DNA of 43,334 nucleotides from a virus (Duplodnaviria > Caudoviricetes), in the IMG/VR virus record IMGVR_UViG_3300044454_000087, positions 1-43,334 of that record; one strand, written 5' to 3'. A program made the translations under genes and the position numbers. Positions 17,719 to 27,211 of the stretch are shown one piece after another. The notes below the pieces were generated by a model. That model was not told the origin of the DNA. It did no database searches and saw only the letters and a list, made by a program, of their open reading frames with translations. The first letter of the stretch is position 1, and each line of letters starts with the position of its first letter.

Positions 17719-19694
17719 GAGTCGCGCCCAAGCCAGTGATGGCCTTCGAGGACTGGTACGACGAGTACAAGGTCGACCCTCGAAATGGGTGTCTCGATGT
17801 TCGGAACGTCGGGGCGCAGGGCGGCCGGCTGTGGAGCATGTACACCCGGTACAAGTCCGAGATGGACAAGCGGGTGGCCGAGTACCACAAGCTGGAGAAG
17901 CTGGCCGACGGTGCCGTCATCAGCCCCAAGCCTGATCTGCCGAACATCAGCTCCGGCGAGACCGCGGGCCTGGTGCGGCGGATCGCTCGCAACCTGGTGC
18001 AGAACACCCCGAACGTCGAGGTGCTCTCGCGCTTCGACGATGACTCGATGCCAGGCATCTTCTCCCGCTACATCCTGACCGCGAAGATCATCGGGTCCGA
18101 CGAGTACAGCAACGACATGCAGCAGAACCTGTTCGCCTCGACGAAGACCGCGCTGACGCTCGGCTTCGACACGGTGATCCCGGTGCTGCTGCAGGACGCG
18201 GCCGGAGGCTGGTACATGAAGTACGACACCATCCACTACCGCGACGTGTTCCCGGAGCCCGGCTCCAAGGACATCCGGCAGGCCACTCAGGTGTTCATCC
18301 GTCGCTACCTGACGCGGGGCGAGGTCCATCAGCTGATCGCTGACGAGGCGCCCGGCTGGGACACCGCAGCGCTGCGGGGCATGATGAAGGCTGCGCCGTA
18401 TGGTCGCACACAGGAGTCGGTGGACTACCAGTCAAAGAAGTTCGGGCTGGTCCCAGAGGGCTACGAGATCATCACCTGGTACTCGAGCACCGGCCAGCCC
18501 TTCCTCACCTTCTGCGCCAGCACCAAGTACCTGCTGCGCATCGAGAAGAACAAGCACCCGCTCAAGCTACACCCCGTGCACTTCCTAGTCCTCGAGAAGG
18601 ACAGCCAGCAGCCGCTGGGCAAGTCGCAGGTGGAGCTTCTGATCGGCCGCCAAGACTTCCAGGACCTGATGCTGAACGGTGCGATGAAGCTCTGGTACCG
18701 CAACATCAACCCGAGCATCCTCGGCTATGGCGCGTCCAATGCCATCCCGAACCTGAGCCCCGGCAAGTACACGCAGATCAGCAACCCGAACGCACGCATC
18801 GAACCGTTCGAGGTGAACACCGGGACGCTGATGCAGTACGGGCTGATCAGCCAGCAGAACCTCGGCAGCATGGTGAACCTCGTCGGGTCTGCCGACCAGC
18901 AGATGGCGACGCAGGCCGGCGGTGGGATGTCAGCCACCCCGCAGGGTGTCGAGGCCCAGCAGGCGATGGTGGACATCACCACCAACAACTACCAGAAGGC
19001 GATCGAGTCCTTCTTCAGCCACTACTGCTCGTACGCTCTGACGATCTACTTCCAGGAGCTCAAGGCCGTCAAGAAGGTGGCACCCACTGCAGAGGCGCGC
19101 GTCAAGCTTCTGCGCGCTGGAATGCCCACGGACGAGATCAACGAGGATGGCACCCTCGACATCGACTTCGAGGAACTGGCGACCGAGTACTGGGTGCGTG
19201 CCATCCCCGGCTCGCTGATCGAGATGGAGGACGAGAAGCAGCTGCGCATCCTGAACCAGCTGTTCGTCCCGCTGTCCCAGGCCATGCCTGCGATGGCTGC
19301 ATCCGGTGATCAGCAGATGATCCAGTCAGCGGCCAAGGCCATGCAGTACATCGTCAAGAAGCAGATCGAACTGTCTGGTGCATCGACTGCATACGACATC
19401 GGACTGGCCTTCTCAGGAGACATCGAAGCAGTGGACGCCCGAGACCAGAAGATCCTCGAGCTCGAGCAGCGAGTGAACGATGGGGACCTCGGAATGGGCG
19501 AGCTGATGGAGATGAATAGCACTGCAATGACCCAGTTGCAGGAGCAGATGAGCATGCTTCGTGAGACCCAGATGGTACTCATGGAGAAGCTAGGTGTGAA
19601 TGGCACTACATCTACCGATCAGGGTGGATATTCACAAGGGGGACAGTCGACACCAGTTGCACCAGCCCCTAGCGTTATGCCCGCCAGCGCCTGA
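17709..19694 (+). CDS. portal protein (probable)
   Basis: 661 aa, immediately upstream of the capsid gene; helical Gln/Met-rich C-terminal extension as in podovirus portals. Assigned by size and synteny. Confidence 0.65.
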   Translation: MAVGVAPKPVMAFEDWYDEYKVDPRNGCLDVRNVGAQGGRLWSMYTRYKSEMDKRVAEYHKLEKLADGAVISPKPDLPNISSGETAGLVRRIARNLVQNTPNVEVLSRFDDDSMPGIFSRYILTAKIIGSDEYSNDMQQNLFASTKTALTLGFDTVIPVLLQDAAGGWYMKYDTIHYRDVFPEPGSKDIRQATQVFIRRYLTRGEVHQLIADEAPGWDTAALRGMMKAAPYGRTQESVDYQSKKFGLVPEGYEIITWYSSTGQPFLTFCASTKYLLRIEKNKHPLKLHPVHFLVLEKDSQQPLGKSQVELLIGRQDFQDLMLNGAMKLWYRNINPSILGYGASNAIPNLSPGKYTQISNPNARIEPFEVNTGTLMQYGLISQQNLGSMVNLVGSADQQMATQAGGGMSATPQGVEAQQAMVDITTNNYQKAIESFFSHYCSYALTIYFQELKAVKKVAPTAEARVKLLRAGMPTDEINEDGTLDIDFEELATEYWVRAIPGSLIEMEDEKQLRILNQLFVPLSQAMPAMAASGDQQMIQSAAKAMQYIVKKQIELSGASTAYDIGLAFSGDIEAVDARDQKILELEQRVNDGDLGMGELMEMNSTAMTQLQEQMSMLRETQMVLMEKLGVNGTTSTDQGGYSQGGQSTPVAPAPSVMPASA

Positions 19695-19729
19695 TCGTCA
19701 GGCACCCACTGAAACAGGAGGACCGCGAC

Positions 19730-21100
19730 ATGGTCGCACCAGTCCAGAAGGACAGCCTGACCGACTACCAGGTCGCTCTGGCCACGTACCTTCGCATCAC
19801 CAGCCCCGTGGCAGGAATGTTCACCGGGTCGGAGATCAAGCCCAACCCCAACGCTCGCAGCATCCGAGTGCCGGACATCCGCGTTGACGACTACATCGTC
19901 GACGCCGACTTCACCCGCATCGGCGCGGACCACTACTCGGGATCCGAGTACACGTCCGAGTGGAAGAACGGCGTCCCTCCGATCGAGTGGCGCACCTACT
20001 CCATGAGCCGGCACCGCAGCTTCGGCTTCACGGTGTTCGACGAGCAGCTCCGCTACTCGCCGATCAAGAACATCGTCCAGGAGTACACCGGCCGCAAGAT
20101 GCAGACCACGGTTCTGCGCGACCACGACAAGTACTGCCTGCTCGCCGCTGTGCTCGGTCACATGACCGGCAAGCTCATCCCGCGGAAGTCCACGGACACC
20201 CCGCCCCCGGCCACCACCGGTGCCGATCGCATCGCCTGCACGGGCAACGCCTCGGACTACCAGTGGATCGCTGAGCCCGGCGAGGACTTCGACAACCAGA
20301 TCCAGCCCTCGTTCGCCACGATCAAGGGCATGTACCTGGACGACACCGATCCGCTCGCCACGCTCGACGCGCTGTCGCTGCTGTTCTCGGACAACTGGTT
20401 CGACAGCAACTTCGGCAACAACGAGCGCTTCCTGCTCATCACCACCGCCCTCGAGCTCGTGTTCATCAACGCGCTCATCGACAAGGGCGCCGGTACCGAG
20501 TCCGCCTTCAAGCTCTACAAGGACGGCGACATCTCGGGCGCGCAGGCCAGCGGCTACCTCGGCACCCTCAAGGGTTCGTGGAAGCTCGTGAAGATCCACC
20601 CGGAGTTCCTCCCCAAGGTCTTCACGGACGCCAACCTCGTCGTCGATCCGGTCGCCAACTCGACCACCGGCTCGCGCACCCTGCGCCAGGTCGTGGCTCT
20701 GGCCGCGTACAAGAACGCGATCCAGACCTACGAGCACTTCAGCGACCGGAGGCAGCAGGATGGTGGCACCCGCTTCAAGGGCACCGAGTACGTGCAGGAC
20801 TTCTCCTACGACTGCTGGGTCATCGACCAGCTGTCCGAGGGTGTCGTCCCCCTGTTCATGCCGGTCTCGGTGAGCAACCTCCAGGTCGTCGACGACAGCT
20901 TCACCTACGTCGCCGCCCAGGTCGCTGCAGCCCGCGCTCAGCTGAGCGTCGAGCCCGTCAACTACCCGCTGTCCGGCCCCGACGTTCTCGTCAGCCGGCC
21001 CGAGTGGTTCACTCCCGCCTCCGGTGGTGCGTACACCAAGGGCGGCAAGCTCGACACCGGCCTCGGTGTCCAGCTGACCGGCGACATCGCCACCAACTAG
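19730..21100 (+). CDS. major capsid protein (probable)
   Basis: 456 aa, strong AGGAGG RBS and extreme codon bias. SIRVP, RFLLIT and C-terminal beta-rich patterns are typical of podovirus HK97-fold capsids; follows the portal. Confidence 0.75.
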   Translation: MVAPVQKDSLTDYQVALATYLRITSPVAGMFTGSEIKPNPNARSIRVPDIRVDDYIVDADFTRIGADHYSGSEYTSEWKNGVPPIEWRTYSMSRHRSFGFTVFDEQLRYSPIKNIVQEYTGRKMQTTVLRDHDKYCLLAAVLGHMTGKLIPRKSTDTPPPATTGADRIACTGNASDYQWIAEPGEDFDNQIQPSFATIKGMYLDDTDPLATLDALSLLFSDNWFDSNFGNNERFLLITTALELVFINALIDKGAGTESAFKLYKDGDISGAQASGYLGTLKGSWKLVKIHPEFLPKVFTDANLVVDPVANSTTGSRTLRQVVALAAYKNAIQTYEHFSDRRQQDGGTRFKGTEYVQDFSYDCWVIDQLSEGVVPLFMPVSVSNLQVVDDSFTYVAAQVAAARAQLSVEPVNYPLSGPDVLVSRPEWFTPASGGAYTKGGKLDTGLGVQLTGDIATN

Positions 21101-21110
21101 GAGGACTGAC

Positions 21111-21269
21111 ATGGATCAGCTCATCGAGCTCCTCAAGCAGATTCAGGAGCTGGCGGGCGTCGCCATCGAGGCCCTGCAGGGTGCCGGCGAAGGCGCCAAG
21201 GAGGGTCCGGCTGGTGGTGGTGAGGGCGGTCCGCCGCCCGCACCCGAGGGTCCGCCTCCCGGTCAGTAG
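21111..21269 (+). CDS. small protein (52 aa), amphipathic helix plus Gly/Pro tail
   Basis: AGGAGG RBS overlapping the capsid stop; MDQLIELLKQIQELAGVAIEALQGAGEG...PPPGQ. Below the ORF-track cutoff. Confidence 0.75.
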   Translation: MDQLIELLKQIQELAGVAIEALQGAGEGAKEGPAGGGEGGPPPAPEGPPPGQ

Positions 21270-21277
21270 TATCCGCT

Positions 21278-21313
21278 GAGGGGCGGGTGTCGGAAACGGC
21301 GCCCGCCCCTCTT
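21278..21313 (+). terminator. strong hairpin after the capsid unit (leaky terminator or RNA-stabilising stem)
   Basis: gaggggcgggtgtcg-GAAA-cggcgcccgcccctc followed by only TT. Confidence 0.6.
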
Positions 21314-21327
21314 GGGAGGGAGAGATC

Positions 21328-22035
21328 GTGGCTCTTGGAAACACCCCTCGTCGTGAGACGAATCTCGCGGTCGAGGCCAGCAAGTCCTACGTGCTCGGGT
21401 TGTACTTCGTTCAGCAGTCTGCGAACGAGTCGGACGAGCCGTTCCCGCTTGACCTCACTGGCTGCGAGGTCCGCTTCGTCATGGCCGAGCCGCCGCAGCG
21501 CGGCAGCACCGAGGTCCTGACGATGCTGGCCGTGCTCGAGCAGCCGGAGACGGGACTGGCCCAGCTCCGATTCCAGGCTGCGGATCTCACGCTCGAGCCC
21601 GGGTCGTACGCCTACGACGTGACGCTCATCCCGCCCAGTGGCTACTCGACGCCCATCCTCAAGGGCTACGTCGAGGTCGGGGCGAACACCGACATCTACG
21701 ACGAGAACGTCTACACCAACCTGAACATCACGACGGACATCACCGTCGAGGTGGTGGGTCACGATTCCGTCACCGTCATCATCGAGCGCGTGGACGGCAT
21801 GTTCCTCGTGGTCTCCGAGTTGATCGAGAACTTCGAGATCTCCATGCAGGCCCAGGTTGACGCTGCAGCTGCGAGCGCGCAGGCCGCGATGGTCTCAGAG
21901 AACGAAGCATGGAGCTACAAGAACGAGATGCAGGTGTGGCTGAACAACGCCGGCTTCCCGTTCTGGCAGGGCACCCAGGCCGAGTACGACGCAATCACCA
22001 AGACCAGCGACATCCTGTACCTGATCGTCGAGTGA
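21328..22035 (+). CDS. minor tail protein, BppU-N-like domain
   Basis: PLDLTGCEVRFVM...GSYAYDVTL pattern and C-terminal WQGTQAEYDAI...ILYLI motif, both common in phage tail appendage proteins. Confidence 0.6.
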   Translation: MALGNTPRRETNLAVEASKSYVLGLYFVQQSANESDEPFPLDLTGCEVRFVMAEPPQRGSTEVLTMLAVLEQPETGLAQLRFQAADLTLEPGSYAYDVTLIPPSGYSTPILKGYVEVGANTDIYDENVYTNLNITTDITVEVVGHDSVTVIIERVDGMFLVVSELIENFEISMQAQVDAAAASAQAAMVSENEAWSYKNEMQVWLNNAGFPFWQGTQAEYDAITKTSDILYLIVE

Positions 22036-22045
22036 AGAGGCTGAC

Positions 22046-22402
22046 ATGGCAGAGCTGAGCACGATGCCGCAGGTGGTCAACATCGACCACTACAGCGGCG
22101 ACACGCTGCCCGTTCACGTCAAGATCAGCGACGCTCTGATCGCCGGCCGAGTGTTCTCGGCTCAGGTGCGCAAGACGAAGAACTCGACCAAGATCGACGG
22201 CACATTCACGGTGGTCATCGTGGCAGGCGTCGGAGCCGACATCTTCCTGCCATCGGCCACTTGTCTCGAGCTCACCAAGCGTGGGGACTACGAGGGGTTC
22301 TGGGACGTGCAGCTGGCTCCGGCCGGCGGCGGGGATCCCGTGACCACGCTTGCGTACGGGGAGCTGCGGATCCACTCGGATGTGACGCGAGCCGCGCCAT
22401 GA
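22046..22402 (+). CDS. minor tail protein, BppU-N-like small beta domain
   Basis: GDT...AQVR...GFWDVQL...TLAYGELRIHSDVT pattern; GAGG RBS. Confidence 0.55.
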   Translation: MAELSTMPQVVNIDHYSGDTLPVHVKISDALIAGRVFSAQVRKTKNSTKIDGTFTVVIVAGVGADIFLPSATCLELTKRGDYEGFWDVQLAPAGGGDPVTTLAYGELRIHSDVTRAAP

Positions 22403-22680
22403 CCGAGATCACTGTCGGCTACCCCGGCTCCATCGAGGTAACGGTCGAGGCACCGAGCCAGGCCGTCATCGAGATCACGCCTGCGTCGGTCATCGAGATT
22501 GACGTCACCTCGTCCGGGCCGCCAGGGCAGCGGGGTCCTGTCGGGCCGCCAGGGACGACCGATCACGGAGCACAGCAGGGGCTCACGGACGACGACCACA
22601 CCCAGTACGCTCTGGTTGATATCGCAGCTCAGAGACCCGTCAACCCAAGGCCCGGAACCATCTGGGTGATCGACACCTAA
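22399..22680 (+). CDS. minor tail protein with short collagen-like stretch (93 aa)
   Basis: Start reassigned to ATG 22399 (ATGA overlap); GPPGQRGPVGPPG and DHGAQQGLTDDDHTQY fibre-type motif. Confidence 0.65.
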   Translation: MTEITVGYPGSIEVTVEAPSQAVIEITPASVIEIDVTSSGPPGQRGPVGPPGTTDHGAQQGLTDDDHTQYALVDIAAQRPVNPRPGTIWVIDT

Positions 22681-22690
22681 GGAGTACGAA

Positions 22691-23056
22691 ATGCCTGATG
22701 GCTACAGCACTGGCGCCAAGAACGCGATGCTGGACCACCTCGGAACGCTCGTGGGCTACATGAGCATGCACGACGCCGATCCCGGCGCCTCGGGTACCAC
22801 GGGCGAGCTGTCCGGTGGATCTCCTGCGTACGCCCGCAAGGCGGTCACCTTCGCGGCTGCGTCCGGCGGATCCAAAGCGTTGTCCGGCACGGTCACGTTC
22901 GACGTGCCTGCGGCTCGAGGTGCAACCCACATCGGCCTCTGGTCGGCGATCACGGGTGGCACGTTCTACGGATCGGACGCACTGTCCGCTCCCGAAGCGA
23001 CGTACTCCTCGCAGGGCCAGTACATCGTCAACGCTGCCACGCTGAACATCACCTGA
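22691..23056 (+). CDS. small virion structural/fibre-associated protein (121 aa)
   Basis: AAGGAG RBS; YARKAVTF...TFDVPA...THIGLWSAITGGTF pattern typical of small phage structural proteins. Confidence 0.6.
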   Translation: MPDGYSTGAKNAMLDHLGTLVGYMSMHDADPGASGTTGELSGGSPAYARKAVTFAAASGGSKALSGTVTFDVPAARGATHIGLWSAITGGTFYGSDALSAPEATYSSQGQYIVNAATLNIT

Positions 23057-23094
23057 CCCACCTCGGCGCAGCCAGCGCTGGGAGGTGATGACTG

Positions 23095-25713
23095 ATGGCT
23101 GTCGGATTCGTAAGGGACCACACCGGCTTCTCGATCAAGACGGCCGGCACGACCAACGGCGTGCTCAACATCAGCACCATCACCTCCGTCGGCAATGTGC
23201 TGATCGCCAGGATCCTGTTCGACAACTTCAGCACGGCCTCGACGCCCACCGTTACCTCGATCGCCAAGGCGGCGGGCGAGACCAACAGCTGGGTGTTCGT
23301 CGGGGCCGCCCGGTCCACATCCACGTCGGCGGGCGCGTTCGCATCCGGCGAGATCTGGATGATCCGGACCACTGTGGCCTGGCCGGTCGCCACGTACACC
23401 GTGACCCTGAGCAACTCGGTCACGATGAAGGCGACCTCCGTCCAGGAGTTCTCTGGGGTCAAGGCGGTCCTGAAGTCCACGACCGGCTCGGCCTATAGCA
23501 CCACCACGACCGCGGCTTCGGCATCGACGACTGGAACCACGCCGGCCATCGGTGACCTGGCGATCGGCTTCATCTTCGGGTCGAACGTCGCCACCGCGCA
23601 GGCAGGCGACACCGACACCACGGGCGGCTCGTGGAGTGCTGTCGCAGGTGTCGGCTCGACGGGCGGCTCGACTGCCACCAACAACTTCGGCATCGGCCAG
23701 TACAAGATCCTGACCTCGGCCAGTCAGCAGACGCTGAACAACTCGGCTGCGATGACGGCCGGCAACGGCTCCATCGTCGCCATCCTCGAGTTCGAGCCCG
23801 CGGTTCTTCCGGTCGCATCGTTCACGACGTCGGACAATCAGATCCTCGACGGGGAGACCGTCACCTTCACCGACACGTCGACGAACGTCCCGGACACCTG
23901 GTCGTGGAACTTCGGCACGGGGGCAACGCCTGCGACGGCCACCACTCAGGGCCCGCATACTGTCACGTTCAACACGCCTGGGAACATCTCGGTCAACCTG
24001 ACGGTCGGCAATGCGGCCGGCCAGGATGCGGCCGACACCTCTGTGATCCAGGTCCTGCAGACTGGTGGGCCTGGCGGTGCATCCCTGTCGGGAGCTGGGA
24101 CCGTCGTCGTGGACGGCAAGGCATCTGTCAGCGGCTCAGCGTCACTCCCCGGTGCCGGGTCGATTCCCTCATCCGGATACGCACTGCAGGACGGCGACGC
24201 ATCGTTGTCCGGCGCGGCTGCCCTGACTGCTCTCGGTGGACGCTGGGGTGGCGGCTTCATCGTCATCACCAACACCTCGAGCTCATTCACTGCCAACGGC
24301 AAGCCCTCGGTCACAGGCGGTGCATCGTTCACGGCGCCCGGCACTGTCACTGGAACCACGGGTGCAGCCAAGGTGGCCGGCGGTGCAGCGCTGCTGAGCA
24401 CGGGCGAGATCGCTGCTGGCGGCCTGCCCAAGGTCACAGGCGAAGCAGCCATTGCTGGCTTGGGCACCATGAAGATCGAGCACATCGGCACATGGGGCTC
24501 GCCGATCGTGACCTGGGGCGATGACCAGTACACCTGGGACGGGACTCCGATCCGGTTCCTCGGTGGCGGTGGCTTGCTCAGTGCGGCTGGAACGATCGCC
24601 GCCACTGGCATCGGCAAGGTCACAGGAGCCGCAGCCATCACAGGTGCGGCCACGATTGCAGGCACTGGCTATCCGAAGGTACCGGGCGCAGCCGTCATCT
24701 CCGGTATCGGTGGAATCGCCGGCAGCGGCAAGCCCTCGGTCACAGGCGCCACGGCTGTCCTCGGTACCGGGATCGTCACGGCCACTGGTGGTGGCGCGCG
24801 AGTCAGCGGCACCGTGGCCATCACGGGCGCTGCAACACTCGCAGCTGCCGGTGTGGCCAAGGTTGCAGGCGCTGCTGTCCTCACCGCTGCGACGAGCCTC
24901 ACAGCCACCGGCAAGCCCTCGGTCACTGGTGGAGCTGCGCTCACCGCAGCAGGCAGCCTGACGTCCGACGGCGAAAAGCCACTGGCTCAGCAAGGCTGGG
25001 CCCTGCTGACTGCACAGGGGTCAATCACCGCCACGGGTGCAGGAGCTCGTGTCCTTGGTGCTGCATCCGTTCCCGGTGTCGGCGGGATCAACGTCAATGG
25101 CAAGCCCTCGGTCACGGGAGCTGCAACGATCCCCGGCACGGGGACCATCGTAGCGAGCGGACTGCCCAAGGCGGCCGGCTCCGCTGTCCTCGTCGGCACG
25201 GGTTCGATCGCCGGGAACGGCAAGCCCTCGGTCACGGGCGTCGCGGCTGTTCCAGGCGTGGGAGCGATCAGCTCGAGCGGCCTGCCCAAGATCGGCGGCG
25301 CTGCTGTGATCATGGGGACGGCCTCGATCGACTCCACTGGCGCGCGGGTGACACCGTCCGGAATGGCAGCCTTCTCTGGGGCCAGCGCGATGTACTCGTC
25401 CGGCATGGCCGTGGTCATCGGAACGGTCGGAGTGCCGGGCCCCGGACTGGTCTCCGTCACGGGCTACGCCAAGATGTCGAGCTCGGCTGTTCTGGTGGGC
25501 TACGGAACCCTTGCCGCAGATGGTGTAGCGCTAGGATCAGGGCAGATTGTCCTGCTCTCAATCGGTCTCATCACCGTGAACGGTCAGAAGCTGGAAGCCG
25601 ACATGGCGATGTGGAACGGAACGGAGTGGGTAAGGCCCGAGCTCTACAACGGCGTTCGCTGGGAAGTCCCAGAGATCCACAACGGCGTTCGCTGGGTGAA
25701 GGCATGGAAATGA
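23095..25713 (+). CDS. tail fibre/spike-like protein with PKD domain and ~20-aa Gly/Ala/Thr repeats
   Basis: PVASFT...TVTFTDTST...WSWNFG...VNLTV PKD signature; repeated GKPSVTG/LPKV units; C-terminal (W/Y/H)NGxxW x3. Confidence 0.75.
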   Translation: MAVGFVRDHTGFSIKTAGTTNGVLNISTITSVGNVLIARILFDNFSTASTPTVTSIAKAAGETNSWVFVGAARSTSTSAGAFASGEIWMIRTTVAWPVATYTVTLSNSVTMKATSVQEFSGVKAVLKSTTGSAYSTTTTAASASTTGTTPAIGDLAIGFIFGSNVATAQAGDTDTTGGSWSAVAGVGSTGGSTATNNFGIGQYKILTSASQQTLNNSAAMTAGNGSIVAILEFEPAVLPVASFTTSDNQILDGETVTFTDTSTNVPDTWSWNFGTGATPATATTQGPHTVTFNTPGNISVNLTVGNAAGQDAADTSVIQVLQTGGPGGASLSGAGTVVVDGKASVSGSASLPGAGSIPSSGYALQDGDASLSGAAALTALGGRWGGGFIVITNTSSSFTANGKPSVTGGASFTAPGTVTGTTGAAKVAGGAALLSTGEIAAGGLPKVTGEAAIAGLGTMKIEHIGTWGSPIVTWGDDQYTWDGTPIRFLGGGGLLSAAGTIAATGIGKVTGAAAITGAATIAGTGYPKVPGAAVISGIGGIAGSGKPSVTGATAVLGTGIVTATGGGARVSGTVAITGAATLAAAGVAKVAGAAVLTAATSLTATGKPSVTGGAALTAAGSLTSDGEKPLAQQGWALLTAQGSITATGAGARVLGAASVPGVGGINVNGKPSVTGAATIPGTGTIVASGLPKAAGSAVLVGTGSIAGNGKPSVTGVAAVPGVGAISSSGLPKIGGAAVIMGTASIDSTGARVTPSGMAAFSGASAMYSSGMAVVIGTVGVPGPGLVSVTGYAKMSSSAVLVGYGTLAADGVALGSGQIVLLSIGLITVNGQKLEADMAMWNGTEWVRPELYNGVRWEVPEIHNGVRWVKAWK
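24298..25235 (+). repeat. intragenic ~60-bp-period repeat; exact 17-mer GGCAAGCCCTCGGTCAC x5
   Basis: Copies start at 24298, 24727, 24910, 25099 and 25219. Confidence 0.85.
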
Positions 25714-25723
25714 GGAGGCGTTC

Positions 25724-26815
25724 ATGGCGAGTGTGACTGACATCGGAGCGGTGACCAATCCGCTCGGTGGGCCGTACCTCGGCGGGCCGACCGGCTGGGC
25801 AGCCGCTGTCCGCGACGCACTCAACAGCAGCGATGTCACTGTGGACGCCCGTATCGCCAGCCATGCGGGCGCTGCAGACCCGCACCCCGGCTACCTGACC
25901 GCTTCCGAGGGCAACGGCCTGTACGAGGCCCTGGGCGCCGTCAGCACGCACGCAGCGGCATCCGACCCGCACACCGGCTACCAGCGCGAGGTCGAGAAGG
26001 CCGCGGCGAACGGCTACGCCTCGCTGGACGGAACGACCAAGGTGCCGTACGCCCAGCTGCCCACGGGGACAGCGGCATCCACGGTGGCGATCGGCGACCA
26101 CACGCACGCGGCGTACCTGGAGAAGGCCGGCGGCACGATGGTGGGCGCCATCACTCTGGCGGCCGATCCGACCAACGCGCTGCACGCGGCCACCAAGCAG
26201 TACGTGGACGGGGCGATGCCTCTCGGGGTGATCCTTCCCTATGGCGGTACCACAGCCCCCACAGGCTGGCACCTGTGCGATGGGTCGGCTCACGGATCGA
26301 GCGCACTGCAGACGTTGATCGGCAGTGCGAATGCGCCTGACCTGCGGGGCAAGTTCATCGTCGGAGTCGGTGACTCCCCGGACGCGAGCACTCCGACCAT
26401 CTACGCCCGGGGCGACAAGGGCGGCGCTGAGAGTGTCACGCTGGGCATCACGAACCTGCCAAGCCACAGCCACGGCGGCAGCACGGGGAACGAGACTGGC
26501 GAGCACACGCACGGAGTGGCTATCCAGACAGGCGGGCGCAACACAGGTCATACCCACTGGGGCCCGACTGAGGGTGTCATGTGGATCACCAACTACAACG
26601 ACGGTCACGCTGGCGGCAACTACACCGTCATGGGCAGCTGGGCTGGCGGAGCGCAGGGCGGCGGGGAGAACACCGACCACAGCCACGGCGTGAACGGCAA
26701 CACGGGCGGGCGCTCCGCATCGCACAATCACAGCGTCACTGCAGAAGGATCAGGCACAGCCGTCAACGTCCGCCCCCCGTACTACGCCCTGACCTACATC
26801 ATCAAGAAGGTGTGA
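25724..26815 (+). CDS. tail fibre with tail-collar domain and HxH metal-binding needle
   Basis: MPLGVILPYGGTTAPTGWHLCDG...PDLRGKFIVG collar motif; HSH, HTH, HTH, HSH and HNH repeats; two HAxAxDPHxGY repeats; C-terminal RPPYYALTYIIK. Confidence 0.85.
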   Translation: MASVTDIGAVTNPLGGPYLGGPTGWAAAVRDALNSSDVTVDARIASHAGAADPHPGYLTASEGNGLYEALGAVSTHAAASDPHTGYQREVEKAAANGYASLDGTTKVPYAQLPTGTAASTVAIGDHTHAAYLEKAGGTMVGAITLAADPTNALHAATKQYVDGAMPLGVILPYGGTTAPTGWHLCDGSAHGSSALQTLIGSANAPDLRGKFIVGVGDSPDASTPTIYARGDKGGAESVTLGITNLPSHSHGGSTGNETGEHTHGVAIQTGGRNTGHTHWGPTEGVMWITNYNDGHAGGNYTVMGSWAGGAQGGGENTDHSHGVNGNTGGRSASHNHSVTAEGSGTAVNVRPPYYALTYIIKKV

Positions 26816-26816
26816 C

Positions 26817-27017
26817 ATGACAGTCAGAGCCCCAGCCTTCAAGGGTGTGATCAGCGCTGTCTGTGACAGCACTCCGATCGTGGGGATCTGGTTCAACGAC
26901 TCCTTCCTCTGGCCCGATCCGTGGACGGACATCTGGGAAGAAGGCGGAACAGCACCGCTCTGGCAGAACGAGTGGCGCAACCAATGGTCAGAGTCCAACG
27001 CTGAGATCATCGACTAG
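26817..27017 (+). CDS. hypothetical Trp-rich protein (66 aa)
   Basis: Fills the gap between fibre genes with 1-nt and 8-nt spacing; GAAGG upstream. Confidence 0.6.
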   Translation: MTVRAPAFKGVISAVCDSTPIVGIWFNDSFLWPDPWTDIWEEGGTAPLWQNEWRNQWSESNAEIID

Positions 27018-27025
27018 GAGACGAC

Positions 27026-27211
27026 ATGGCAGCCAGTAACGCACCAGTGTTCCCGTACCCGGGAGGAGCCGCGGGCGCTGTGCCCCCGGATCCCGTTGCA
27101 GGGAAGCCGGGTCACTTCGCCTGGTCGACCTGGATGAAGCAGTTCAACCTCAACCTCGACGCCAAGGTGCGCGAGCTTGAGGACCGCATCGTCGCATTGG
27201 AGAACCCCTGA
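27026..27211 (+). CDS. small fibre-anchor-like protein (61 aa)
   Basis: AGGAG RBS; PPDPVAGKPGHFAWSTWMK resembles the N-terminus of the next gene; ends in a short coiled coil. Confidence 0.7.
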   Translation: MAASNAPVFPYPGGAAGAVPPDPVAGKPGHFAWSTWMKQFNLNLDAKVRELEDRIVALENP

